From assembly GCA_039588295.1 (NCBI GenBank), contig JBDHAB010000024.1, positions 410 to 42,893 of the forward strand: a DNA stretch of 42,484 nt. The letters are read 5' to 3'. The stretch comes from Gemmatimonadota bacterium (GTDB lineage: Bacteria > Gemmatimonadota > Gemmatimonadetes > Gemmatimonadales > GWC2-71-9). The notes under the pieces are model-generated. The model was not told the origin of the DNA. It saw only the letters and a program-made list of their open reading frames with translations, and searched no databases. This document shows, one piece after another, positions 17,849 to 26,218 of the stretch (within the stretch, counting starts at the first letter, position 1; each line of letters opens with the position of its first letter). A program made the translations under genes and the position numbers.

Positions 17849-18012
17849 GTGAGATTCTCGGCGTTCTCGGTGTGGTCGTGCTGTTCGTGACCTTCGGATT
17901 GCTGCACCGGAACAGCCGGTCGGATCGCTGCCAGACCTGCTCGCACACGGCCGTGGGGCGGGACTGCTCATGCGATCTCATTCACGATCTCTCGGAGTCG
18001 TCGCATGGATGA
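17845..18012 (+). CDS. 55-aa single-TM Cys-rich peptide (NqrM-like architecture), absent from the ORF track
   Basis: MSEILGVLGVVVLFVTFGLLHRNSRSDRCQTCSHTAVGRDCSCDLIHDLSESSHG. ATGA overlap with rnfA and 8-nt overlap with apbE, exactly filling the gap. Confidence 0.75.
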   Translation: MSEILGVLGVVVLFVTFGLLHRNSRSDRCQTCSHTAVGRDCSCDLIHDLSESSHG

Positions 18013-19003
18013 CCGTCACCGTTTGACGCTGCGCTACCCGTCACGTCGTGAGGTGATCGCGCTCGGTGTAGGCGCATTCGTTGTCGCCGCGGTTCCGTTC
18101 GCCCGGAGCCGGCGCGCGAGACTCGTGCGACGCACCGTGCCGACCATGGGAACGCTCGGCGAGATCGGGGTCGTGCATCGCGATCCCCAATACGCACACG
18201 CGGCAATCGATGCCGCGATCGAGCAGTTGCAGATGGTCGAGCGACGGATGACGTGGTTCACCACCACCTCCGAAGTCGGTCGGGTCAATCAGCGGGCAGC
18301 CGTGGATGCGGTACCGGTGTCCAGGCCCACACTCGAGGTGCTCGAAGAGGCGCTCCGTTGGGCGGAATCGAGCCATGGGGCATTCGATCCGTGCTTGGGG
18401 CGAGCGACCGCGCTGTGGGATGTCGGGCATCGCAGCATGCCGCCGGCAGCGGACGCGGTTCGTCAGCTGGCGGGTCGCCGGTTGTACCGCGCGCTCGACC
18501 TGGACCATCGGGCCGACGGCGGGCGGATTCGGTTCACGGATGCCGATGCATCGCTGGACCTGGGTGGCATCGGAAAGGGTTACGCTGTGGATCGGGCGGT
18601 TGCGGCGCTCCGGGAATGGGGCATCACGAACGGTCTGGTCAACGTGGGCGGCGATCTGTACGCCCTAGGTACGTCGGAGGACGGAGATCCGTGGAACGTC
18701 GGGATCCGGTCTCCGTGGGAGCCCGACCGCGTGGCGGAAAAGCTCGAGGTCGGCGACGGGGCCGTCGCCACCTCAGGCGATTACCTCCAGTACTTCCAGC
18801 ATGGTGGCGGCCGGTTCCATCACTTGCTCGACCCAGCCACGGGAGCGCCGCGCCAGGCACGCATCCATAGCGTCACCGTACGGGCTGATGCCTGCATGAC
18901 GGCCGATGCCGCTGCGACAGCCGTGTTCGGAATGGAGTCGCCAGCCGCCACACGGCTGCTGCGGCGTGCGGCGCCGGATGCGCAGCTGGTAAGCGCCATA
19001 TGA
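18005..19003 (+). CDS. apbE: FAD:protein FMN transferase with Tat-type signal
   Basis: TMGT, GAFDP, DLGGIGKGYAVD, GGD, ATSGDY, HLLDPATG and ADAAATA. SRREVI plus hydrophobic stretch at the N-terminus. Confidence 0.95.
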   Translation: MDDRHRLTLRYPSRREVIALGVGAFVVAAVPFARSRRARLVRRTVPTMGTLGEIGVVHRDPQYAHAAIDAAIEQLQMVERRMTWFTTTSEVGRVNQRAAVDAVPVSRPTLEVLEEALRWAESSHGAFDPCLGRATALWDVGHRSMPPAADAVRQLAGRRLYRALDLDHRADGGRIRFTDADASLDLGGIGKGYAVDRAVAALREWGITNGLVNVGGDLYALGTSEDGDPWNVGIRSPWEPDRVAEKLEVGDGAVATSGDYLQYFQHGGGRFHHLLDPATGAPRQARIHSVTVRADACMTADAAATAVFGMESPAATRLLRRAAPDAQLVSAI

Positions 19004-19006
19004 AAA

Positions 19007-19093
19007 GGTGAAGCGTGAAGTGCGAAATGTGTTGAGCGGTTCTCCCGCTCACCGCTGCTCACATGGCCACATTCTCGCGCTTCACGCTTCACC
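19007..19093. repeat. Long heptamer-based inverted repeat (probable terminator/stabiliser of the Rnf operon)
   Basis: Arms 19007-19031 and 19068-19093 pair with one G-U and one bulge. Inner hairpin TGAGCGG-TTCTC-CCGCTCA. Confidence 0.8.
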
Positions 19094-19149
19094 CCTTCTT
19101 CCTTAGGCGCCGGTCGCTGCCACGGGGCGGCGGCCGGCGACCCGCTCAA

Positions 19150-19180
19150 TGTAAACGCCCCCAGCCCTCCGCGCGTCTCA
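19150..19180 (+). promoter_or_regulatory. Putative autoregulatory ECF sigma promoter
   Basis: TGTAAAC-N17-CGTCTCA matches the AAC/CGT ECF promoter pattern, directly upstream of the ECF gene. Confidence 0.6.
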
Positions 19181-19184
19181 CTGG

Positions 19185-19814
19185 GTGGATGGGGCAGACC
19201 CGGGACCGTTCGTGAGCGAACTCACCCGCCTGAATGAGGCTGTCGCGCCCCACGTGGCGCGGGCGCGAGGCGGCGACGAGCAGGCGTTTGCCGAGCTGGT
19301 CCAGGCTTGCCGTCAGCAGATCTACCGATGGGCGTTGGTCCAAACCGGGGACCCGGACGACGCCGAGGATGTCACACAGGAGGTGCTGGTGCGCTTGCAC
19401 GGCGGGATTCGCAGCTACCGATCGCAATCACGCTTCACGACATGGCTGTACCAGATCACGCGCAATGCGGGGCTCGAGCACCACCGGCGTCTGACACGGC
19501 AGGAACGGTTGCTGAATCGAACTCGAAATTCCGTACTCGTGCTCCGGCCGGCATCAGCCGACACCGAAACCGTCGATGCACTCTCGAGTCAGGGGGTCGC
19601 TGCGCTGGTGCGGGGCTTTCTCACGACACTGCCGCAACGCCAGCGCGAGGTATTTGACCTGGTGGACCTTCAGGACCACGCGCCTTCTGAAGTCGCTCGC
19701 ATGCTGGGCCTGAACCCGATCACCGTCCGGGCTCACCTGCATCGCGCACGTCGCGCGCTGCGCGCTCGTCTCCTGGCGCGTCATCCGGAGCTGGTGGAGG
19801 AGTGGGGCTCATGA
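19185..19814 (+). CDS. ECF (group 4) RNA polymerase sigma factor
   Basis: AEDVTQEV, FTTWLYQITRN, LPQRQREVFDL and EVARMLGLNPITVRAHLHRAR. Start may be 19185 or 19212. Confidence 0.94.
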   Translation: MDGADPGPFVSELTRLNEAVAPHVARARGGDEQAFAELVQACRQQIYRWALVQTGDPDDAEDVTQEVLVRLHGGIRSYRSQSRFTTWLYQITRNAGLEHHRRLTRQERLLNRTRNSVLVLRPASADTETVDALSSQGVAALVRGFLTTLPQRQREVFDLVDLQDHAPSEVARMLGLNPITVRAHLHRARRALRARLLARHPELVEEWGS

Positions 19815-20272
19815 GTTGCCACGACTGGCGTCAGCTAATTCTGGAAGCGGATCCCGCCGAGCTGCGGGGCGAAAAGGACTCCGCGCTGGGTCGCCACCTC
19901 ACGTCCTGTCCCCACTGTCGCGTTGAAGCCGATCGCGTCCTCGCGGGCCAGGACCAGTTGCGCGATCTACTCGCAGCAGTGCGTCCCCGCGTCCCGGTCG
20001 AGCAAGCCCTCCCCGATGCCGTGAGGGAAGCGGCGCGACGCCGGCGGTGGTGGTGGTGGCTCCGTGCCGCGCCGTTGGCTGCTGCTGCGGGGATTGCCGG
20101 CGTGCTCCTGTTCTCAAACGGGGGACCGACACCGACGCCCGTGGCGGAACGCCCCCCCACCATGCCGCCACTCGTGGAAGCCGCACCGGAGCGGGATGTG
20201 GTGGTCTATCAGACTGACAACCCAGACATCGTCGTCGTCTGGTTCTACCAATCGAATGGGAGCGGAACATGA
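19811..20272 (+). CDS. Zinc-binding (ZAS) transmembrane anti-sigma factor
   Basis: MSC...HLTSCPHC (HxxxCxxC), a single TM helix and a short extracytoplasmic tail. ATGA overlap with the sigma gene. Confidence 0.85.
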   Translation: MSCHDWRQLILEADPAELRGEKDSALGRHLTSCPHCRVEADRVLAGQDQLRDLLAAVRPRVPVEQALPDAVREAARRRRWWWWLRAAPLAAAAGIAGVLLFSNGGPTPTPVAERPPTMPPLVEAAPERDVVVYQTDNPDIVVVWFYQSNGSGT

Positions 20273-20949
20273 GAACACGCGTGTACTGGACGGCGATTGC
20301 CGTTGGCTTGGGCCTGGTCGCCTGCGGCCAAACCCCGGATCTCGATACGCGGACCTTCGAGCTACAGAATCTCGAGGCGGGTGACGCGGAGCTGATCATC
20401 CGCCCATACGTCTACCAGGACCGCCCAAACGCTGCTGGCTCCATCAGCTACTCGGGACACACGATCACCGTCCGTGAAACAGAGGATAACCTGGACAAGA
20501 TCGCGCGGGTGCTGACGGACATGGACCGACCACGCCCAACTGTGCGGCTGCACTTCCAGCTAATCGAGGCCAACGGAGCAGCCACCACGGATCCGGCCGT
20601 CGCCGAGGTCGAAGCAGAACTGCGGAAGCTGTTCCGCTACGAGGGGTACCGGCTACTGCACCAAGCGGTCGTTGGTGGCACCGAAGGCAGCCACATTGAA
20701 CAGGTGGTGGGTCCCGCGGAAGATCCCAGGCTGAATTACGTCGTCATGGCGACCATTCGCACCGTTCGGTCTTCCGGTGACTCCGGAACGGTGCAACTCG
20801 AGGTTGGGGTGCGGAACCCGATTCGCGGCGCACTGATGACCACGGTGAACGCGCGAGCGGGCCAAACGCTGGTGGTGGGAAACGCCGAATTGGTCGTTGG
20901 TGGCGGGACCCTGATCCTCACCGTCCGGCCGGAGTTCGTGGTACCCTAG
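20269..20949 (+). CDS. Lipoprotein with secretin N-domain (NolW)-like region
   Basis: Lipobox LVAC. TRTFELQN...ITVRETEDNLDKIARVLTDMDRPRPTVRL resembles the secretin N3 domain and the start of the following strand. Confidence 0.65.
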   Translation: MRTRVYWTAIAVGLGLVACGQTPDLDTRTFELQNLEAGDAELIIRPYVYQDRPNAAGSISYSGHTITVRETEDNLDKIARVLTDMDRPRPTVRLHFQLIEANGAATTDPAVAEVEAELRKLFRYEGYRLLHQAVVGGTEGSHIEQVVGPAEDPRLNYVVMATIRTVRSSGDSGTVQLEVGVRNPIRGALMTTVNARAGQTLVVGNAELVVGGGTLILTVRPEFVVP

Positions 20950-21038
20950 CCTTCACGAGACCGACACCGCCCCCCGATCTCGTCCGCGGAGGCCGTGGGG
21001 GCGTGGTGCTAGTGGGGCAGCGGTGAACCCGCGGTGCC

Positions 21039-21446
21039 CTATCGGTTGCCTGCCAACTTCCGGAGGTGGCCACGGAAGACCTCGAGCGAAAGGATCGATT
21101 CGCGGATCAGTTGCACCGAGCTGTACACGAGCGCCAGCACGCCGAGGATGGTGAGAACTTGGACGATCCACGCCGACTCATTCAGCCAAAGGCTCGCCAA
21201 GCCGCCCAGCATGCTCCCGAGTGCCAACGTGCAAACGCTCACGTAAAGGCCCACCAACGCCCCGCGAAACAGCGCCGCTCGTCTCCAGAGCTGCTCGCCC
21301 TCCACACGAGCCGAATCATCGATTGACTCAAGCAGGTGATGGAACTCCTCGTGGATCCGTCCATACCGTACGGACGTCGAGAGTACGAGCAGTGCTACGC
21401 CCGGGAGCAATACGAGCGGGGTGAGCCAGAGACCGGATTCGTCCAT
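21039..21446 (-). CDS. DUF2721-like membrane protein
   Basis: LLPGVALLVLSTSVRYGR N-terminus, three TM helices and an E...S C-terminal pattern. Confidence 0.7.
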   Translation of the reverse strand: MDESGLWLTPLVLLPGVALLVLSTSVRYGRIHEEFHHLLESIDDSARVEGEQLWRRAALFRGALVGLYVSVCTLALGSMLGGLASLWLNESAWIVQVLTILGVLALVYSSVQLIRESILSLEVFRGHLRKLAGNR

Positions 21447-21514
21447 GTCTGAACCTCAGTGCAGAAACCGAGTCATCGAACAGAAGGCGACGTGGTACGC
21501 TCCCCGCAAGCCTG

Positions 21515-22282
21515 TTACGAACCGAAGACGAGGCTCATACAGCTGCCGCCGGCCTCGGCCTTTTGCAGCTCCGAGAGATCGACCATGTGGACATCGTAGC
21601 CACGTTGGGCCAACAGGTCACGCGTGGCGGGAAACCCACCCGCCATGACCAGGGCATTTCCGATGCTGAACGTGTTGGCGGCTCGGGGCTCCGAATCGGG
21701 CACATCGAGCAGTGCCACCGCTCCGAACGCCTCCGAATCCAGCCACTCCCGATTCACCAGCACGAGACCGCCGCCGATGTGTGAGCACGCCGACTTCAGG
21801 TGGAGGCAACCGGTCACCGGCACCACCCGAACGTCGTACCCGTGAGGCGAGACGAGGCTGCGTAGCTGGGCGATCCCTTGGTCATTCGTGCGGCCAGTAT
21901 GACCAACGTACATCGTCCGATCGATCACCAACACGTCACCGCCGTCCAGGGTCCCCGGCGTGCGTATCGCTTCCACTGGTCGGTACTCGGCCATGACGGC
22001 CGCAACGCTCTCGACTTCGGCCCGTCGCGACGGCGCACCCGGGTTCGTCACGACAGCAAGCTCCTCGAGCACCACGGCGACGTCCTCTACGAACACGGCA
22101 TCGGGCAGATCGGGCTCCGGGGGCAGGGATCGCACGTGAGCGCCCAGGAATCGCAGCACTGACTCATAGGTCCGGTGCTGAGCCAGCGCGAGGTCGGTGT
22201 CGATGGGTTGCCGCGGAGCGTGCGTGAGCTCGCATCGCGATAGGGCTGGTGTAGGGCGCCGGGTGATGGCGATGATCGACAT
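21515..22282 (-). CDS. ddaH: Dimethylarginine dimethylaminohydrolase (amidinotransferase superfamily)
   Basis: PDAVFVED, SRRAE, LDGGDV, HLKS and GGSCMS catalytic motifs. True start is MSIIAITR at 22282. Confidence 0.92.
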   Translation of the reverse strand: MSIIAITRRPTPALSRCELTHAPRQPIDTDLALAQHRTYESVLRFLGAHVRSLPPEPDLPDAVFVEDVAVVLEELAVVTNPGAPSRRAEVESVAAVMAEYRPVEAIRTPGTLDGGDVLVIDRTMYVGHTGRTNDQGIAQLRSLVSPHGYDVRVVPVTGCLHLKSACSHIGGGLVLVNREWLDSEAFGAVALLDVPDSEPRAANTFSIGNALVMAGGFPATRDLLAQRGYDVHMVDLSELQKAEAGGSCMSLVFGS

Positions 22283-22289
22283 AAGACAG

Positions 22290-22352
22290 GGGGTAAGGGG
22301 TGAGGGGTGAGGGGTAAGGGAGAAGGGAGAAGGGAGAAGGGTGAAGGGTGAA
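22290..22352. repeat. Nine tandem G-rich heptamers
   Basis: GGGGTAA GGGGTGA GGGGTGA GGGGTAA (GGGAGAA)x3 (GGGTGAA)x2. Confidence 0.95.
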
Positions 22353-22375
22353 GACTGCTCCCGGCTCTGCAACAG

Positions 22376-22804
22376 CTAGCGACGGGCTTGGAAAAACTCG
22401 GTCAGCAGTTCACCACACTGCTCTTCCATGACACCACCCATCACTTCCGGCCGGTGGCTCAGCTTGGCGTGTCGCAAGAGGTCACCAACGCTCCCCGCCA
22501 TCCCTGCCTTGGGGTCAAACGCCCCAAACACGACGCGTTCCACGCGTGCCAGCACGGCCGCTCCCGCGCACTGCGCGCAGGGCTCGAGGGTGATATACAG
22601 GGTCGCTCCATCGAGCCGGTCCGTCGGCAGCACGTCGAGGGCCCGCTGAATGGCGAGCAACTCCGCATGCTGCGTCAGATCGCGGCGGGCCACCGTTTCG
22701 TTGTGCGCCTGACTCACCACCTGTCCGCCCACCATGACCGCAGCACCCACGGGCACCTCGCCCGCCTGGACCGCGTAGCGCGCTTCCGCCAACGCCGCGT
22801 CCAT
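22376..22804 (-). CDS. tadA: tRNA adenosine(34) deaminase
   Basis: GEVPVGA, HAE, TLEPCAQC, FGAFDPKAG and FFQARR. Start uncertain: ATG 22804 or slightly upstream. Confidence 0.9.
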   Translation of the reverse strand: MDAALAEARYAVQAGEVPVGAAVMVGGQVVSQAHNETVARRDLTQHAELLAIQRALDVLPTDRLDGATLYITLEPCAQCAGAAVLARVERVVFGAFDPKAGMAGSVGDLLRHAKLSHRPEVMGGVMEEQCGELLTEFFQARR

Positions 22805-22838
22805 TCCCGTCCGATCGTGCTCGGACAGAGCGGGACGC

Positions 22839-25484
22839 TTAGGAACCGACACCGGCGGGCTCGGACTCCGGCGGTGCGCCGCGCTCCTTGGCTGGCACGC
22901 GCACAAACGTGAGCTCCTCGTCGCGGCTGCCGCGCTGAACGCGAACCATATCCCCTTCCTGGTACTCGCCTTCGAGGATCGCCATTGCCAACTGATTCTG
23001 GATCCGCCGTTGAATGACCCGTTTGAGCGGGCGCGCACCGAACGCGGGATCGTATCCCTCACTGATGAGTACGTGCTTCGCCTCCGGCGTCACATCGATC
23101 CGTAGTCCACGGCTCGCGAGCAGCTGCTCGACACGCTGAAGCTGCAGATCGATGATGCGCTCGAGGTGCTCACGTGACAGCGGCCGGAAGACGATGGTGT
23201 CATCGATGCGGTTCAGAAACTCCGGCTTGAACGCGTGACGCAGTGCGTCCATGACCCGCACCTCCGTCAGTTCCCATTCCTCGTCGCCGGCTTCCAGGAT
23301 CCACTCCCCTGCGAGATTCGAGGTCATGATGAGCACGGTGTTCCGGAAATCCACCGTGCGACCCTGTCCATCGGTCAGGCGGCCGTCATCCAATATCTGG
23401 AGCAGGACATCGAAGACCTCCGGGTGCGCTTTCTCGATCTCGTCGAACAACACCACCGAGTAGGGTCGTCGACGAACGGATTCGGTCAGCTGTCCACCTT
23501 CCTCGTAGCCCACGTAGCCGGGCGGTGCGCCGATCATGCGGGCCACGGAATGCTTCTCGCTGTACTCGGACATATCCAGCCGCACCAGCGCTCGCTCGTC
23601 GTCAAACAGAAACTCCGCCAGGGTGCGCGCGGTTTCGGTCTTTCCGACACCCGTCGGGCCGAGGAAGATGAAGCTGCCGACTGGACGGTTCGGATCCTGC
23701 AGACCCGCTCGCGATCGCCGCACCGCATTGGCTACGGCCGCCAAGGCCTCATCCTGCCCGATCACGCGGAGACCCAGTTCGCCTTCGAGCCGCGTCAGCC
23801 GGTCGCGTTCCGATTCCAGCATTTTGCTGACGGGGATACCTGTCCACTTCGCAACAATCTCTGCTACATCCTCGGCATCGACTTCTTCTTTCAGATATCG
23901 AGCCTGGGCCTGGATTTCCGCGAGTCGCTGCTTCTCGCCCTCGATCTCCGCCTCGAGCGCCGGGACCCGCCCATAGCGGATTTCCGCCGCCCGCTGGAGA
24001 TCACCGGCGCGTGTCGCCTGGTCAGCCTCACCGCGTGCGTCTTCGAGCGCGGCCTTCCTCTCCTGCAGCCGCGTGATCGCCTCCTTTTCGGCTTGCCACT
24101 GGGCTTTCATGGCCTGTGCCTGCTCGTCCAGCTCGGCGAGCTCCTTGCGAAGCGCTTGCAGTCGTTTCTTGCTCGGCCGATCCTTCTCGCTGGACAACGC
24201 CTGCTCCTCGATCTGCAATTGGATCTTGCGCCGTTCAACCTCGTCGATTTCCTGGGGAAGGCTGTCGATCTCAATGCGGAGCCGGCTTGCCGCTTCATCG
24301 ACGAGGTCGATCGCTTTGTCGGGCAGATGCCGCTCGCCCAAGTACCGGTCTGACAACGTCGCTGCGGAGACGAGGGCGCGATCAGTAATGCGCACACCGT
24401 GGTGCACCTCGTAGCGCTCCTTGAGGCCACGGAGAATCGCAACCGTGTCTTCGACCGAAGGCTCACCAACATATACCGGCTGGAAGCGGCGCTCGAGCGC
24501 CTTGTCCTTCTCGACGTGTTTGCGGTATTCGTCGAGCGTCGTCGCCCCAACCACATGGAGCTCGCCACGCGCGAGCGCCGGTTTCAGCATATTCGACGCA
24601 TCGACCGCGCCTTCCGCCGCCCCGGCGCCGACCAGGGTGTGGAGCTCGTCGATAAACACCACGAACTTCCCTTCCTGACTCGTGATTTCCTCGAGCACCG
24701 CCTTGAGCCGCTCTTCGAACTCACCACGGTATTTGGCACCTGCCAGGAGTAGTCCGATGTCGAGCACGATGATGCGCTTGCCGCGCAACGACTCCGGCAC
24801 GTCGCCGTTCACAATCCGCTGCGCGAGGCCCTCAACGATCGCGGTCTTCCCGACCCCCGCCTCGCCAATCAACACCGGGTTGTTCTTCGTGCGGCGCGAC
24901 AGCACTTGAATGACCCGCCGAATCTCCTCGTCACGGCCGATGACGGGATCGAGTTTCCCCCGCCGCGCCAACTCGGTGAGATCGTTGGTGAAGCGCTCCA
25001 GCGCACGGTACTTCTGCTCCGGGTCGACGTCGGTCACCCGGTGACTGCCGCGAACGGCCGCCAGCGCCTGGAGTACGTCCTCCCGCTCGACGCCACGCCC
25101 TTTCAGTAGTTCACGCGCCGACGTCCCCGTGGTCTCGATCAGGCCAACGAGCATGTGCTCGGTCGACACGTACGCGTCGTCGAGCTCCCGTGCCAGTGCG
25201 TCCGCGCGATCCAGCGCCGTCGTGAGCTCCCGCGCCATGGTCGGGCTTGCACCACCGGTCTGCGTGGGGAGCCGCTCCAGTTCGCGCCGCGCCTCCGCTT
25301 TGAGTTCGGCGACGTTGAGCCCGCTCTTCTGGAGCACCGGGACGACGATCCCTTCCTCCTGCTCGAGCAGCGCAAGAAAGAGATGCGCGTCGTTCACCAC
25401 CGGGTTGCCTCGCTCACTCGCCGAGGTGACGGCAGTCTGCAGCGCCTCGCCAGCCTTTACCGTTAAACGATCACGTCCAATCAT
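22839..25484 (-). CDS. clpB: ATP-dependent disaggregase ClpB
   Basis: Two AAA+ modules ([16 protein letters not shown]), long coiled-coil M domain and GAPPGYVGY. Confidence 0.97.
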   Translation of the reverse strand: MIGRDRLTVKAGEALQTAVTSASERGNPVVNDAHLFLALLEQEEGIVVPVLQKSGLNVAELKAEARRELERLPTQTGGASPTMARELTTALDRADALARELDDAYVSTEHMLVGLIETTGTSARELLKGRGVEREDVLQALAAVRGSHRVTDVDPEQKYRALERFTNDLTELARRGKLDPVIGRDEEIRRVIQVLSRRTKNNPVLIGEAGVGKTAIVEGLAQRIVNGDVPESLRGKRIIVLDIGLLLAGAKYRGEFEERLKAVLEEITSQEGKFVVFIDELHTLVGAGAAEGAVDASNMLKPALARGELHVVGATTLDEYRKHVEKDKALERRFQPVYVGEPSVEDTVAILRGLKERYEVHHGVRITDRALVSAATLSDRYLGERHLPDKAIDLVDEAASRLRIEIDSLPQEIDEVERRKIQLQIEEQALSSEKDRPSKKRLQALRKELAELDEQAQAMKAQWQAEKEAITRLQERKAALEDARGEADQATRAGDLQRAAEIRYGRVPALEAEIEGEKQRLAEIQAQARYLKEEVDAEDVAEIVAKWTGIPVSKMLESERDRLTRLEGELGLRVIGQDEALAAVANAVRRSRAGLQDPNRPVGSFIFLGPTGVGKTETARTLAEFLFDDERALVRLDMSEYSEKHSVARMIGAPPGYVGYEEGGQLTESVRRRPYSVVLFDEIEKAHPEVFDVLLQILDDGRLTDGQGRTVDFRNTVLIMTSNLAGEWILEAGDEEWELTEVRVMDALRHAFKPEFLNRIDDTIVFRPLSREHLERIIDLQLQRVEQLLASRGLRIDVTPEAKHVLISEGYDPAFGARPLKRVIQRRIQNQLAMAILEGEYQEGDMVRVQRGSRDEELTFVRVPAKERGAPPESEPAGVGS

Positions 25485-25553
25485 TGCTCAACCAGCTATC
25501 GGTTCTCGTTTCCCCGAACCCGCCGTTCGGGGTTTCCCATGACTCACCTTCGG

Positions 25554-25568
25554 GCAACCCCCATGCCG
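25554..25568 (-). promoter_or_regulatory. Putative sigma54 (-24/-12) promoter of clpB
   Basis: Minus strand CGGCATG-GGGG-TTGC (GG-N10-GC), ~70 nt upstream of the clpB ATG. Confidence 0.55.
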
Positions 25569-25602
25569 GAAGATTGCTGCAAGTTCGGCAATTTGCTGCC
25601 AC

Positions 25603-25635
25603 AAAGACAGACGCGCCGGCGTTTCCGCCGGCGCG
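25603..25635 (-). terminator. Putative intrinsic terminator
   Basis: Perfect 10-bp GC stem CGCGCCGGCG-GAAA-CGCCGGCGCG followed by TCTGTCTTT on the minus strand. Confidence 0.6.
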
Positions 25636-25683
25636 CTGGACTACAGGATCTGACAAATTGTCTGCGTTGCGATACGCTCCCCT

Positions 25684-26112
25684 CTACTTGATGATCGTCA
25701 TCTTCTTCGAGAGCGCTCTCCCGTTGACGATCAGTTGATAGACGTAGACTCCTGACGCTGCCTCACGACCCGTACCGAGCACCTTGCCGTCCCAATACGC
25801 GGCGTAGTCGCCCGTTCCATTCCACCCCAGCGTCACTTGGTCCAGCGACTCTCCCGAACCCTGGAGGATCGGAATCGCCACGAGCTGTGCCAGGATGTTG
25901 TAGATCCGAAGGCTGACAACTGGCTGTGATCCCCCCGCCCAGAGCGAGCGGTCCAACGAGAAGGGGATCGTAGTCTCCGGATTGAACGGATTCGGGTAGT
26001 TCCTGTGCAGCTGCACCGGAGACGCAGTACTGTCTTGCTGTGCATGTGCGACCGCTGGTGCAGCGATCAGGAGCCCGAGCGCTACCACTACCGCCCAGGC
26101 TTGCAACTTCAT
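25684..26112 (-). CDS. Secreted small protein consisting of a single T9SS type-A sorting / FlgD-Ig-like domain
   Basis: Signal peptide (AHA-QQ), NYPNPFNPETTI, LRIYNILAQLV, WDG, ASGVYVYQL and KKMTIIK. SD GGAG. Confidence 0.8.
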   Translation of the reverse strand: MKLQAWAVVVALGLLIAAPAVAHAQQDSTASPVQLHRNYPNPFNPETTIPFSLDRSLWAGGSQPVVSLRIYNILAQLVAIPILQGSGESLDQVTLGWNGTGDYAAYWDGKVLGTGREAASGVYVYQLIVNGRALSKKMTIIK

Positions 26113-26188
26113 GACCAACTCCTATCTGACAGAAATGAGTCTCGTGACTAACCCCTTCGGCTTGAGTCGTATCTGTCCACCTGACTCG

Positions 26189-26218
26189 AAGTTAGGATCA
26201 CCCAGCAACCGCTGTCAA
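26189..26218 (-). promoter_or_regulatory. Putative sigma70 promoter for the CTD-like gene
   Basis: TTGACA-N18-TAACTT on the minus strand, overlapping the selB stop. Confidence 0.5.

Noticed and set aside
3862..19003. Selenocysteine read-through at TGA stops, prompted by selB
   Set aside because: The TGA stops fall at expected protein ends, mostly in ATGA/GTGA overlaps, and none aligns with a conserved Cys position.
3448..19100. Rnf operon as a genomic island inserted at the tRNA 3' end
   Set aside because: No tRNA 3' duplicate or mobility gene was seen downstream, and composition resembles the flanking housekeeping genes.
22290..22352. CRISPR array
   Set aside because: 7-bp tandem units with no spacers and no cas genes.
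22283..22372. N-terminal extension of DDAH (SPFTLLPSPFSLTPHPSPLTP) in the ORF track
   Set aside because: It is just the translation of the heptamer array; homology begins at MSIIAITR.
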